Positions 8,634-15,448 of a stretch of DNA of 21,679 nt are shown here, in pieces. The stretch is from a virus (lineage: Duplodnaviria > Heunggongvirae > Uroviricota > Caudoviricetes): positions 64,001-85,679 of IMG/VR virus record IMGVR_UViG_3300045963_000153. One strand, given 5' to 3'. Numbering within the stretch: position 1 is the first letter of the stretch; every line of letters starts with the position of its first letter. The notes beneath the pieces are model-generated. The model made no database searches. It was not told the DNA's origin and was given only the letters and a program-made list of their open reading frames with translations. A program made the translations under genes and the position numbers.

Positions 8634-9147
8634 ATTTATATGTCTCATTATTAACCAAACGTCGAATACAATCTCTACCGACATTATATTCTCTAGCTAA
8701 AGATGCTTTATTTTTTCCATTTTTAAATTTTTGTCTAATTTCATTAGCTTGATTATTTGTTAATTTTGCGTTAGCACTATTTTCCCCTCTACTATGATTA
8801 TTTTTAAATAATCCAGTAGACATAGCATGTTGCATATTTTTTTTTCGATCGCACCATTCTAAATTTTCTAATCTATTATCAGACTTTATACCATTTTTAT
8901 GATTTACTTCTTTATATTTATTATTAATACCAAGAAAAGTAAAACAAACTAAACGGTGAATATATATTCGGTTTCTTTTATTATTAGAAAAAACATTAAC
9001 CCATAAATAATTTGATATATTTTGTATTGGTTTTAATACTTTAATTATCCCCGTTCTTTTATAATTCAAACTTCTAATATTTCCAAAATTGGAAGCTTGA
9101 TAATTTTCATAACCGGGAATGTTTTTCCATATTTCATTTTTAGCCAT
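8626..9147 (-). CDS. NUMOD4-HNH homing endonuclease with a C-terminal HTH, 173 aa
   Basis: NUMOD4 (EIWKNIPGYENYQASNFGNIRS), HNH (IHRLV..VNHKNGIKSDNRLENLEW), then GENSANAKLT and an HTH-like tail (SLAREYNVG). Confidence 0.92.
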   Translation of the reverse strand: MAKNEIWKNIPGYENYQASNFGNIRSLNYKRTGIIKVLKPIQNISNYLWVNVFSNNKRNRIYIHRLVCFTFLGINNKYKEVNHKNGIKSDNRLENLEWCDRKKNMQHAMSTGLFKNNHSRGENSANAKLTNNQANEIRQKFKNGKNKASLAREYNVGRDCIRRLVNNETYKYA

Positions 9148-9418
9148 TTTTTAAAACCTTTCTTGCTTCCTTGCAACCGTTTGAACAACTAATTAAACTT
9201 TTAATTCCCAAATTATTAATAATTAAATTTCCAGTTTTACAAATATTACAGTTTTTACTATCAGCTATAATTTCTTCTGTGGGTTCAATTTTCTTATTAG
9301 TTAGTTTTTGAAGCTCTCTTCTAAGATGTTTATTTTCAGATTTAAGTTTTTTAAATTCATTTCGCAAAACTCGATCTGCTTCAGTACTTGTACTACAAGG
9401 TTTCTTTTTCTTACCCAC
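9140..9418 (-). CDS. Hypothetical protein with a coiled coil and zinc ribbon, 92 aa
   Basis: GTG start with SD GAGGT. Heptad-like segment followed by CNIC..CSNGC. Confidence 0.65.
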   Translation of the reverse strand: MGKKKKPCSTSTEADRVLRNEFKKLKSENKHLRRELQKLTNKKIEPTEEIIADSKNCNICKTGNLIINNLGIKSLISCSNGCKEARKVLKNG

Positions 9419-9434
9419 AATTACCTCTACATAT

Positions 9435-9464
9435 AATTTATAATAATAAGTAATAAATTGTCAA
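9435..9464 (-). promoter_or_regulatory. Sigma70-type promoter upstream of the Zn-ribbon/HNH cluster
   Basis: Intergenic TTGACA (9464-9459), with TATAAA at a 16-nt spacer or TAAATT at an 18-nt spacer, followed by SD GAGGT. Confidence 0.6.
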
Positions 9465-9477
9465 GAATTATTTTTAA

Positions 9478-9936
9478 TTATCTTCCTGAACTACCAAAAC
9501 CATTATTACCACGAATTTTAGAAAAAAACCCATCTTTACTAAATTCTTTTACATTTTGAATACTTGGAGCTTTATAGTTAGCAATAATTAATTGAGCAAT
9601 TTTGTCACCTTTATGAACTCTATAACCATATTTTTTTAACTCAGCATGCCATTCTGATTTATTTGTTAGGTTATTCATAACAATTTTAATCTCACCCCGG
9701 TATCCTTCATCAATCACCCCACCTGCCGTTTTAAGCCCCTTTGATGCCATTGATGACCTATCTTCAATCTTTCCATATGTGCCTTTAGGCAGCTTTATAG
9801 CGATTCCTGTAGTGATTAAGGTCGTTGTTCCTTGTTCGATGAATATATCTTGATCTGTATATATATCCAATCCAGCGTCAGTTTTATTGTTTCTGGTGGG
9901 TAATGTTGCGTTTTGATGTAAAAGTTTGATTTCCAT
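9478..9936 (-). CDS. dut: Trimeric dUTPase, 152 aa
   Basis: All five motifs present: AGLDI, RSSMA, GVIDEGYRGEI, IAQL, RGNNGFGSSG. SD AAGGAG. Confidence 0.97.
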   Translation of the reverse strand: MEIKLLHQNATLPTRNNKTDAGLDIYTDQDIFIEQGTTTLITTGIAIKLPKGTYGKIEDRSSMASKGLKTAGGVIDEGYRGEIKIVMNNLTNKSEWHAELKKYGYRVHKGDKIAQLIIANYKAPSIQNVKEFSKDGFFSKIRGNNGFGSSGR

Positions 9937-9948
9937 ATACTCCTTAAT

Positions 9949-9989
9949 AACAAAAAGAGGGAATTATGTTATTTTACATAATTCCCCCT
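9949..9989 (-). terminator. Intrinsic terminator between the 61-aa gene and dut
   Basis: On the minus strand AGGGGGAATTATGT / ACATAATTCCCTCT forms a 14-bp stem (one G-U) with a 6-nt loop, followed by TTTTGTT. Confidence 0.85.
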
Positions 9990-9999
9990 AACATTTGTT

Positions 10000-10185
10000 T
10001 TATTTAGCTTCTAGTGCTGCTTGTGGTGCTTGTGGTGCTTGTGGTGCTTCTGCAGGTTTAGCTGCTTGTTTTTGTTTAGCTAACTCCTGTGCAATAGTTT
10101 GATTTACTTGTTGAAGCTGGGCTTGCAAGTATTCAATCTGAGCCATTGTATCATATGCAATTACTTTTAGGTCTTTGATTTCCAT
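10000..10185 (-). CDS. Small coiled-coil protein with an APQ-repeat tail, 61 aa
   Basis: Strong SD (GAAAGGAG), amphipathic helix, and its own downstream terminator. Confidence 0.75.
   Translation of the reverse strand: MEIKDLKVIAYDTMAQIEYLQAQLQQVNQTIAQELAKQKQAAKPAEAPQAPQAPQAALEAK
10018..10049. repeat. 9-bp tandem repeat (TGCTTGTGG)x3.5 encoding APQ repeats
   Basis: Read directly from the sequence; in frame within the 61-aa gene. Confidence 0.9.
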
Positions 10186-10201
10186 TTGTTTTCTCCTTTC
10201 T

Positions 10202-11020
10202 TTAAATTTTAGTTAATAATGATTTCTTTTTTGATTTTGTCAATAAATTTAATTTACCTGTAAACCAAGATCCACAAGATAAACATGTAAATTTTTGATA
10301 TTTACCAACTTTAGTGTAATGAAATCCACGTTTTTGAATTTTAGTTGTTCCACAATTACATTTAATATCAGTATCATCAGAGTATAATGAGAAGTTTAAA
10401 GTAGAATCCCAAGGTGATAGGTGGTGATATAATTCTTCTAATGATAAAACGTCCATTTCATTATAAGCTTGCATTTCTTTAAATGCATCTTGATTACCAG
10501 CAAGACATTCTTTCCAAAGATCAAATCCTTGAAACTTTTTTGTCTTCATTTTTTTATTCTTTGTACAAAGTTTTTTTGTCATCCACTCAAGTTTATTACT
10601 TGTAAATGCAAAATGTTTTTTAGCAATTTTTAAAGTATCAATATTTTTATGTGGGCTTGGTGGTTTCATGCCGTTCATAATAAAACGAGCATTAAGCTTT
10701 TTTAAATCAAAAGCCACGCCATTTTGGGTAAGTGTAATATCAGAATCATTTAATAAGTCCCAGATTCCTTGCAATAATTTTTTATCATTACGAATATCTT
10801 TTTCATTTCTTTGGTCTTGATACATAATTTTATTATGAGGACCATAAGTTACACCACTTTTATCTGTATAATATTTAGCAGACCAAGATAAAACTGACCA
10901 CTCGCTTTCAATTTGATTTAACGCAATGTTTTGATCAAATAATCCCCAAGTATAAGATACCAATGGACTAGTTTCAATATCAAGTACTAAAATCTTTAAT
11001 CCAGTATATTCTTTTTTCAT
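10202..11020 (-). CDS. DEDD/DnaQ-like (RNase_H_2-type) 3'-5' exonuclease with a C-terminal zinc ribbon, 272 aa
   Basis: ExoI LDIETS, ExoII QNGVAFD, ExoIII YNEMDV; C-terminal CNCG..CLSCG. Confidence 0.85.
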   Translation of the reverse strand: MKKEYTGLKILVLDIETSPLVSYTWGLFDQNIALNQIESEWSVLSWSAKYYTDKSGVTYGPHNKIMYQDQRNEKDIRNDKKLLQGIWDLLNDSDITLTQNGVAFDLKKLNARFIMNGMKPPSPHKNIDTLKIAKKHFAFTSNKLEWMTKKLCTKNKKMKTKKFQGFDLWKECLAGNQDAFKEMQAYNEMDVLSLEELYHHLSPWDSTLNFSLYSDDTDIKCNCGTTKIQKRGFHYTKVGKYQKFTCLSCGSWFTGKLNLLTKSKKKSLLTKI

Positions 11021-11349
11021 TATTTCTCCCCTATTAGTGCTGAAAACATTTCGTAAAATGATTCAAATTTATTTTCAAATGCCAATACTTCACTTTCAGT
11101 TAAATGCATACGTTTATAAAGTTTAAATGTATGTAAATATTCATGCCAAAATGTTTTTACAGCTTCTTTATCATCAAGATCTTTAAAGATTCTGATTTCT
11201 TTTGGGTCATACGAAGTTTCTCCATAATGCGGTCTACCATTTTTAGAAGATCCAATATGATCTGACCATACTATTTTAAATGTGTGCTTTTTACCAATAC
11301 TAACTTTTTCTGGAATGTTTGCTCGGAGCTGGCTCCAATTAATTTTCAT
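11020..11349 (-). CDS. Small HExxH zinc metallopeptidase-like protein, 109 aa
   Basis: GET..EIRI..TFWHEYLH with a downstream Glu (TESEV); zincin/ImmA-like layout. Confidence 0.7.
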   Translation of the reverse strand: MKINWSQLRANIPEKVSIGKKHTFKIVWSDHIGSSKNGRPHYGETSYDPKEIRIFKDLDDKEAVKTFWHEYLHTFKLYKRMHLTESEVLAFENKFESFYEMFSALIGEK

Positions 11350-11361
11350 TTAAACCCCTAT

Positions 11362-12489
11362 TTAGTGAAAGTCAGAATTGTCTTTATCTAGATAATCCTC
11401 TGATAAATATTTTAATACTTTTTTTCCAAGAAAGCAAACAGGTTCTTTTGGATCACGAATAACAATACCTTCACGGATCTTTTGTTTTGGTGCTAATACA
11501 GAATCGCCTTTGGTATGTTTGTGCGCCAATTCTTTAGAATGCGCTCCACGATAAATAACTGGAACCATCGGTAAGCCCCGTTCAATACAAAAAAGAACTA
11601 ATTCATCGTGAGTAAGCCAGCGTGTTGATTGTTTATCGTCTGCTAAGATTTTGACATCAAATACAACAATTTTATTTTCGCCATCTTTGCAACCATAAGT
11701 ATAATTTTTTTGAATACCAGAACCATAAATTTCATAATACACGGTTTCGTTTGGTTTAATTTTGTTTTCTAAATCGTATTCTTTAACCATTCTAGCATAT
11801 ACATTTTCCTCATACCAACCAGTATATTTTTTAGATTGCAATTGAACACAATTACTTCCATATGTGAATTGATATTTAGGAAGAAGTTTAAAGAATGATA
11901 ATACTTTTTCAATTAATGTTTTTGGAACTCGTGGTAAAAGTCCACAACGACCATTTGTACCATGAATTTTCTCTGTATACACGACTTCTTGACCTTCTTC
12001 AAAAAGATCAGGATACCATTTAACAGACTCTAACCCATTATACTCATGAAAATATGGATTTTCGTGTTTTTTGTTACGTTCTTTTTTAACCCTTGGCCCA
12101 TTAGCTTGAAAATCTGGTGCTGGTGGTTCGTATTTTGTAATGCCAAGTATTGTAGATACATCATCGCCTTCGGAAATTTCTCCAGTTAATTTATCTTTAA
12201 TATCTGGAATTTCTACAATCATTCCTTGTGATGGAAATTGACGAATACGAATTTGTTTAACTCGTGATTTATTTAATTTAATCTTACTTTCTGCGGTAAA
12301 TAAACGTTCTTCTAGCCATAAAGGAAGAACAGAATCAATTGGAACATAAAGAACCGTATCCCCAATTTTATATTTACCCTTTTGTGTAACAATATTAAAA
12401 TCAAAACATTTAACAATATCTAAACGGTCTGCGTTTGGATGTGAATTGACATCTTTAATAATTGTAATTGGTGTTCTAAATGTTGACAT
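11362..12489 (-). CDS. RNA ligase, Rnl2 family, DRB0094-like architecture, 375 aa
   Basis: Motif I TEKIHGTN (as in T4 Rnl2), III YYEIYG, IIIa VVFDV, IV REGIVIR, V LKYLSEDY. N-terminal HPNADRL..KIGD..LYVPIDS domain as in DRB0094-type ligases. Confidence 0.92.
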   Translation of the reverse strand: MSTFRTPITIIKDVNSHPNADRLDIVKCFDFNIVTQKGKYKIGDTVLYVPIDSVLPLWLEERLFTAESKIKLNKSRVKQIRIRQFPSQGMIVEIPDIKDKLTGEISEGDDVSTILGITKYEPPAPDFQANGPRVKKERNKKHENPYFHEYNGLESVKWYPDLFEEGQEVVYTEKIHGTNGRCGLLPRVPKTLIEKVLSFFKLLPKYQFTYGSNCVQLQSKKYTGWYEENVYARMVKEYDLENKIKPNETVYYEIYGSGIQKNYTYGCKDGENKIVVFDVKILADDKQSTRWLTHDELVLFCIERGLPMVPVIYRGAHSKELAHKHTKGDSVLAPKQKIREGIVIRDPKEPVCFLGKKVLKYLSEDYLDKDNSDFH

Positions 12490-12490
12490 T

Positions 12491-12763
12491 TTATTCTCCC
12501 GTTACCAAAAGTTCATATGTTGAAGTTACTGTTTTAAATTTAATCATTTTATCATCATTTGAAATAATTTCTTGTACTGGCGAAGTTTTAATCATATCAT
12601 AAAATCCTTTACCACTAACATAAAGCATTAATTCATTTCCGTATTCTAGTAAAGTCATGTTACCAGTTACAGAATCACCAACTTTAACCATAGAATAGTC
12701 TTTCATTGATGTTTTAGTTAATTTAACTTGTTTATCTTCAAATTTTTTAAATGTTTCAATCAT
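12491..12763 (-). CDS. Hypothetical phage protein, 90 aa
   Basis: Fills the gap between two real genes. Contains a TSPVQEI..FKTVTSTYEL pattern that recurs in small phage proteins of unknown function. Confidence 0.65.
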   Translation of the reverse strand: MIETFKKFEDKQVKLTKTSMKDYSMVKVGDSVTGNMTLLEYGNELMLYVSGKGFYDMIKTSPVQEIISNDDKMIKFKTVTSTYELLVTGE

Positions 12764-12771
12764 ACAGTACT

Positions 12772-12799
12772 ATTATCTCCGTTTAAATTTACTTGTCAA
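12772..12799 (-). promoter_or_regulatory. Possible sigma70 promoter giving a near-leaderless transcript for the 90-aa gene and RNA ligase operon
   Basis: Intergenic TTGACA (12799-12794), 16-nt spacer, GATAAT (12777-12772); ATG 8 nt after the -10 box. Confidence 0.45.
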
Positions 12800-13363
12800 C
12801 TATAATTTTTGTAATACTAATTCTATTTCATATTGACCACGACCATGCTGTTCTGGTGGGTCTGTATAAAAATGTCCTTTATCATTATCTCTCATATGTC
12901 TAACCCTAAAACTATTAATTGGTAATGCATCTTCAAATTCTTTTAAAAGTGATGCTGGAGTAAAAAATACCTTATGATCTTCATTAAACCGACTGGGTTT
13001 GTCAAGTTTCTTTTCATATAAATCTCGATGAGGAACAACACAAATTATGTATGCCCCAAATTTAAGTACTCTTAACCAATCTCTAATTACCGCAGATCTG
13101 TTATCGATGTGTTCTAAAACATGTGATGAATAAACATAGTCTTGGCTATTATCTTCAAATGGTAAAACAATTCCATCATAATCGTCTAAAGTTATACCTT
13201 TTGCAGTGGGAAGAATGGGATGTACATTTTCAAGATATCCTTTATATCCAATATCTAAACCATTACCAAACATATATTCAGCAAAAAATCCATTTTGATT
13301 TTTATTTGCCCAAGTTTTTCTAGATTCTTGACCGACATTTAATCCCCAATTTTCATTTATCAT
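12800..13363 (-). CDS. Class I SAM-dependent methyltransferase (Methyltransf_11-like), 187 aa
   Basis: GLDIGYKG (variant motif I), LPFEDNSQDYVYSSHVLEH, WLRVLKFG. ATGA-coupled to the glycosyltransferase. Confidence 0.85.
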   Translation of the reverse strand: MINENWGLNVGQESRKTWANKNQNGFFAEYMFGNGLDIGYKGYLENVHPILPTAKGITLDDYDGIVLPFEDNSQDYVYSSHVLEHIDNRSAVIRDWLRVLKFGAYIICVVPHRDLYEKKLDKPSRFNEDHKVFFTPASLLKEFEDALPINSFRVRHMRDNDKGHFYTDPPEQHGRGQYEIELVLQKL

Positions 13364-14307
13364 TTTAATATCCTGTTAATTTGCTCTATCCATTTATTAG
13401 AAATTAATTGATCATTACATAAATAATCTTGATATGCACAAGTAGTAAAAGAATGTTCGTTTGGTGCAAAATTCATATTTGATTGACAATAACGACATTT
13501 AAGAGATTCATCTGGAACTACGGTATAACAACCTTTGCCCAAAATTCCATCTCTGTATGGTAATCTGTGGTACGGATCTACACTAGTAAATCCAACAATA
13601 ATTGGTGCTTTGCCCATTCCAGCTAAATGGATAAGACCATTATCTACACCAAGTACTCCAGTAGAATTATTCATAATAGCATGAGCTTGGAACAAATTTG
13701 TTTTATCAATTAAATTAATTCCATTTGAATAGTCGGCTTTAAAAGTTCCAATGATTGCTTGTTCTTTATATGATGGAGTATATGATTTACCAATATAAAC
13801 AGGCGTATATCCAATACTAACACAATAATCACTAACTTGTTTTACAATTTCTGGTTTAAAAACTCTAGTATCGCTAGTGTATCCTGTTGTAATAACAAAA
13901 TATTTTTCTGGAAGATTAAATTCAGAAACATCGATTGGATCTAATTGAATATAGTTTTTATACTTGTCTTCAACTGATCTACCAACAATTGATAAAAATC
14001 CTTGATCTGTAAGGTGTGATGCTAAATTTGTAATTTTGTGAACATATGGGCTACGAGCTAATAATTCGTCATTGTATTTACCTTCAGAGTTATTTAAACT
14101 TTCAACAGTAATCATATTATAATCTTCAAACACTTTTTTCGCCAAAGGTTTAAAATATTCATGTGTCCAAAGTTTTATTTCAATATGAAAATGATGATCT
14201 AATACAAATTTAACTGCTGGCAATTGTGCAATAGCATCGCCCAATCCACCTTGATGAAGAACAAAGTTAAAAGGCACTACTTCTAGTTTTGTTCCACTGC
14301 GATACAT
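13360..14307 (-). CDS. GT9-family (ADP-heptose-type, GT-B fold) glycosyltransferase with a C-terminal four-Cys motif, 315 aa
   Basis: N-terminal GGLGDAIAQLP, donor-binding TNLFQAHAIMNNSTGVLGVDNGLIHLA, C-terminal CRYC-x15-C-x6-C. SD AGGAG directly after tRNA-Gln. Confidence 0.88.
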   Translation of the reverse strand: MYRSGTKLEVVPFNFVLHQGGLGDAIAQLPAVKFVLDHHFHIEIKLWTHEYFKPLAKKVFEDYNMITVESLNNSEGKYNDELLARSPYVHKITNLASHLTDQGFLSIVGRSVEDKYKNYIQLDPIDVSEFNLPEKYFVITTGYTSDTRVFKPEIVKQVSDYCVSIGYTPVYIGKSYTPSYKEQAIIGTFKADYSNGINLIDKTNLFQAHAIMNNSTGVLGVDNGLIHLAGMGKAPIIVGFTSVDPYHRLPYRDGILGKGCYTVVPDESLKCRYCQSNMNFAPNEHSFTTCAYQDYLCNDQLISNKWIEQINRILK

Positions 14308-14321
14308 AGTTCTCCTGTAAC

Positions 14322-14396
14322 TGGTAGGGGATGATGGACTTGCACCACCGTAGCTGGCATCAAAAACCAGTGTATTAGCTGCTATACGAATCCCCT
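14322..14396 (-). tRNA. tRNA-Gln(TTG), atypical, CCA encoded, 75 nt
   Basis: Hand-folded cloverleaf: acceptor AGGGGAT/ATCCCCT + A + CCA; D arm GTAT/ATAC with loop AGCAGCTA; anticodon arm CTGGT/GCCAG with loop TT-TTG-AT; variable loop CTAC; T arm GGTGG/CCATC with loop TGCAAGT. Confidence 0.88.
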
Positions 14397-14400
14397 AAAA

Positions 14401-14475
14401 TGGCTCTCCCGATTCGGATCGAACGAATGACCTACTGGTTAACAGCCAGTTGCTCTACCTCTGAGCTACAGGAGA
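14401..14475 (-). tRNA. tRNA-Asn(GTT), CCA encoded, 75 nt
   Basis: Canonical cloverleaf: TCTCCTG/CGGGAGA + G + CCA; D arm GCTC/GAGC; anticodon arm ACTGG/CCAGT with loop CT-GTT-AA; T arm ATTCG/CGAAT with loop TTCGATC. Confidence 0.97.
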
Positions 14476-14481
14476 AAACTT

Positions 14482-15171
14482 TTATAATTCTACCAATAAT
14501 TTTTGATTTTTCTTTAAAGCATAATTAGGAAAAATCTCTTTAACTGGAAGAAAAGTTTCAAATCTTTTAGTAATCTTGAAAAGTTTTTCCAAGTACTTAC
14601 TAGGATTATATTGTCCTGAATATCTTTCTGTCAAGCACAAATCTTCATTTGGTAAAATAAAAACATATATTCTATCACCAGACCTATATTCAGATCCTTG
14701 AATAGCATCAATAATCTTTGTTTCATTTGTTCGTTCTGAATTAAAAGTAGTTGGGCTTAACTGGATCTTTTTACTCCACTGTTTAATGTCTTTTATTCCA
14801 TCTCGAACTTCTCTAATGAATTCATTATAAATATTCACCATCTCTGGTATTGGTTCATCTTTATACATTAAAGTATCTACCATTCGATTTAACATAACTT
14901 TTAATGCTGGTTCTAATGAAGCAGATTTAAGACTAGACCCTTTAATTTTAAGTTTACCTTTTTCATCTAACATTGCGTAATTTTTAGCTTTTAAAATCAA
15001 TACTTTAGAAAATACACCATCATTAGCAAATTTAATATGCTCAGGTAATAGACTATTAATTTCATTAATGAGCAATTGTTGTTCTTCTTTATCAAATGGA
15101 GTTTGATCTGGTTTACAGAACATAATGGAATCTGTATCTGCGTTTGTAATTACAAAATTATGTTGATTCAT
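14482..15171 (-). CDS. polB: Family B DNA polymerase, C-terminal subunit (motif C palm and thumb), 229 aa
   Basis: VITNADTDSIMF (motif C), KAKNYA and KGSSLK. Has its own SD (GAGGT) and an in-frame TAA immediately before the ATG. Confidence 0.9.
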   Translation of the reverse strand: MNQHNFVITNADTDSIMFCKPDQTPFDKEEQQLLINEINSLLPEHIKFANDGVFSKVLILKAKNYAMLDEKGKLKIKGSSLKSASLEPALKVMLNRMVDTLMYKDEPIPEMVNIYNEFIREVRDGIKDIKQWSKKIQLSPTTFNSERTNETKIIDAIQGSEYRSGDRIYVFILPNEDLCLTERYSGQYNPSKYLEKLFKITKRFETFLPVKEIFPNYALKKNQKLLVEL

Positions 15172-15448
15172 TTAATACCTCTACCAGACCATCTGGAAAT
15201 TTAATTCTAACATGTTTATATTTATGCGGTCCAGTTTTCTTTTTTGGTTTCCATTTTAAATTTTCTTTTCTCTTTGCTGTATTTTGATTAATTTCCCAAT
15301 CGTGGCTTCCAGCATCGTCAAACCATAAACATTCAGCGCAACGTGGGCATCTATAAGTTACACCAATACCTACCCATCCACTAGCATAACCATAGCCATA
15401 ACCAGTTTCTAATTTTGTTACTTTTACATGACCGCAAGTATCAGACAT
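15158..15448 (-). CDS. Small putative Zn-binding protein between the two polymerase halves, 96 aa
   Basis: ATG at 15448 with SD GAGGA, an 8-nt overlap with the polB-N stop and a 14-nt overlap with the polB-C start. CGH..CPRCAEC and a basic C-terminus. Confidence 0.7.
   Translation of the reverse strand: MSDTCGHVKVTKLETGYGYGYASGWVGIGVTYRCPRCAECLWFDDAGSHDWEINQNTAKRKENLKWKPKKKTGPHKYKHVRIKFPDGLVEVLNEST

Noticed and set aside
10018-10049. GCTTGTGG repeats resembling Chi (GCTGGTGG)
   Set aside because: One mismatch from the E. coli Chi and fully explained by APQ codon repeats.
9925-10185. dut and the 61-aa gene both begin ATGGAAATCAAA
   Set aside because: Only 12 bp of AT-rich, start-favoured codons, and the similarity does not extend further.
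15172-15440. Group I/II intron, split intein or ribosomal hop joining the polB halves
   Set aside because: The gap is fully occupied by an ORF with its own SD. No P7 or domain V-like structure, no intein N-terminal Cys/Ser block or C-terminal His-Asn, and no matched take-off/landing codons. polB-C has its own SD and a stop right before its ATG.
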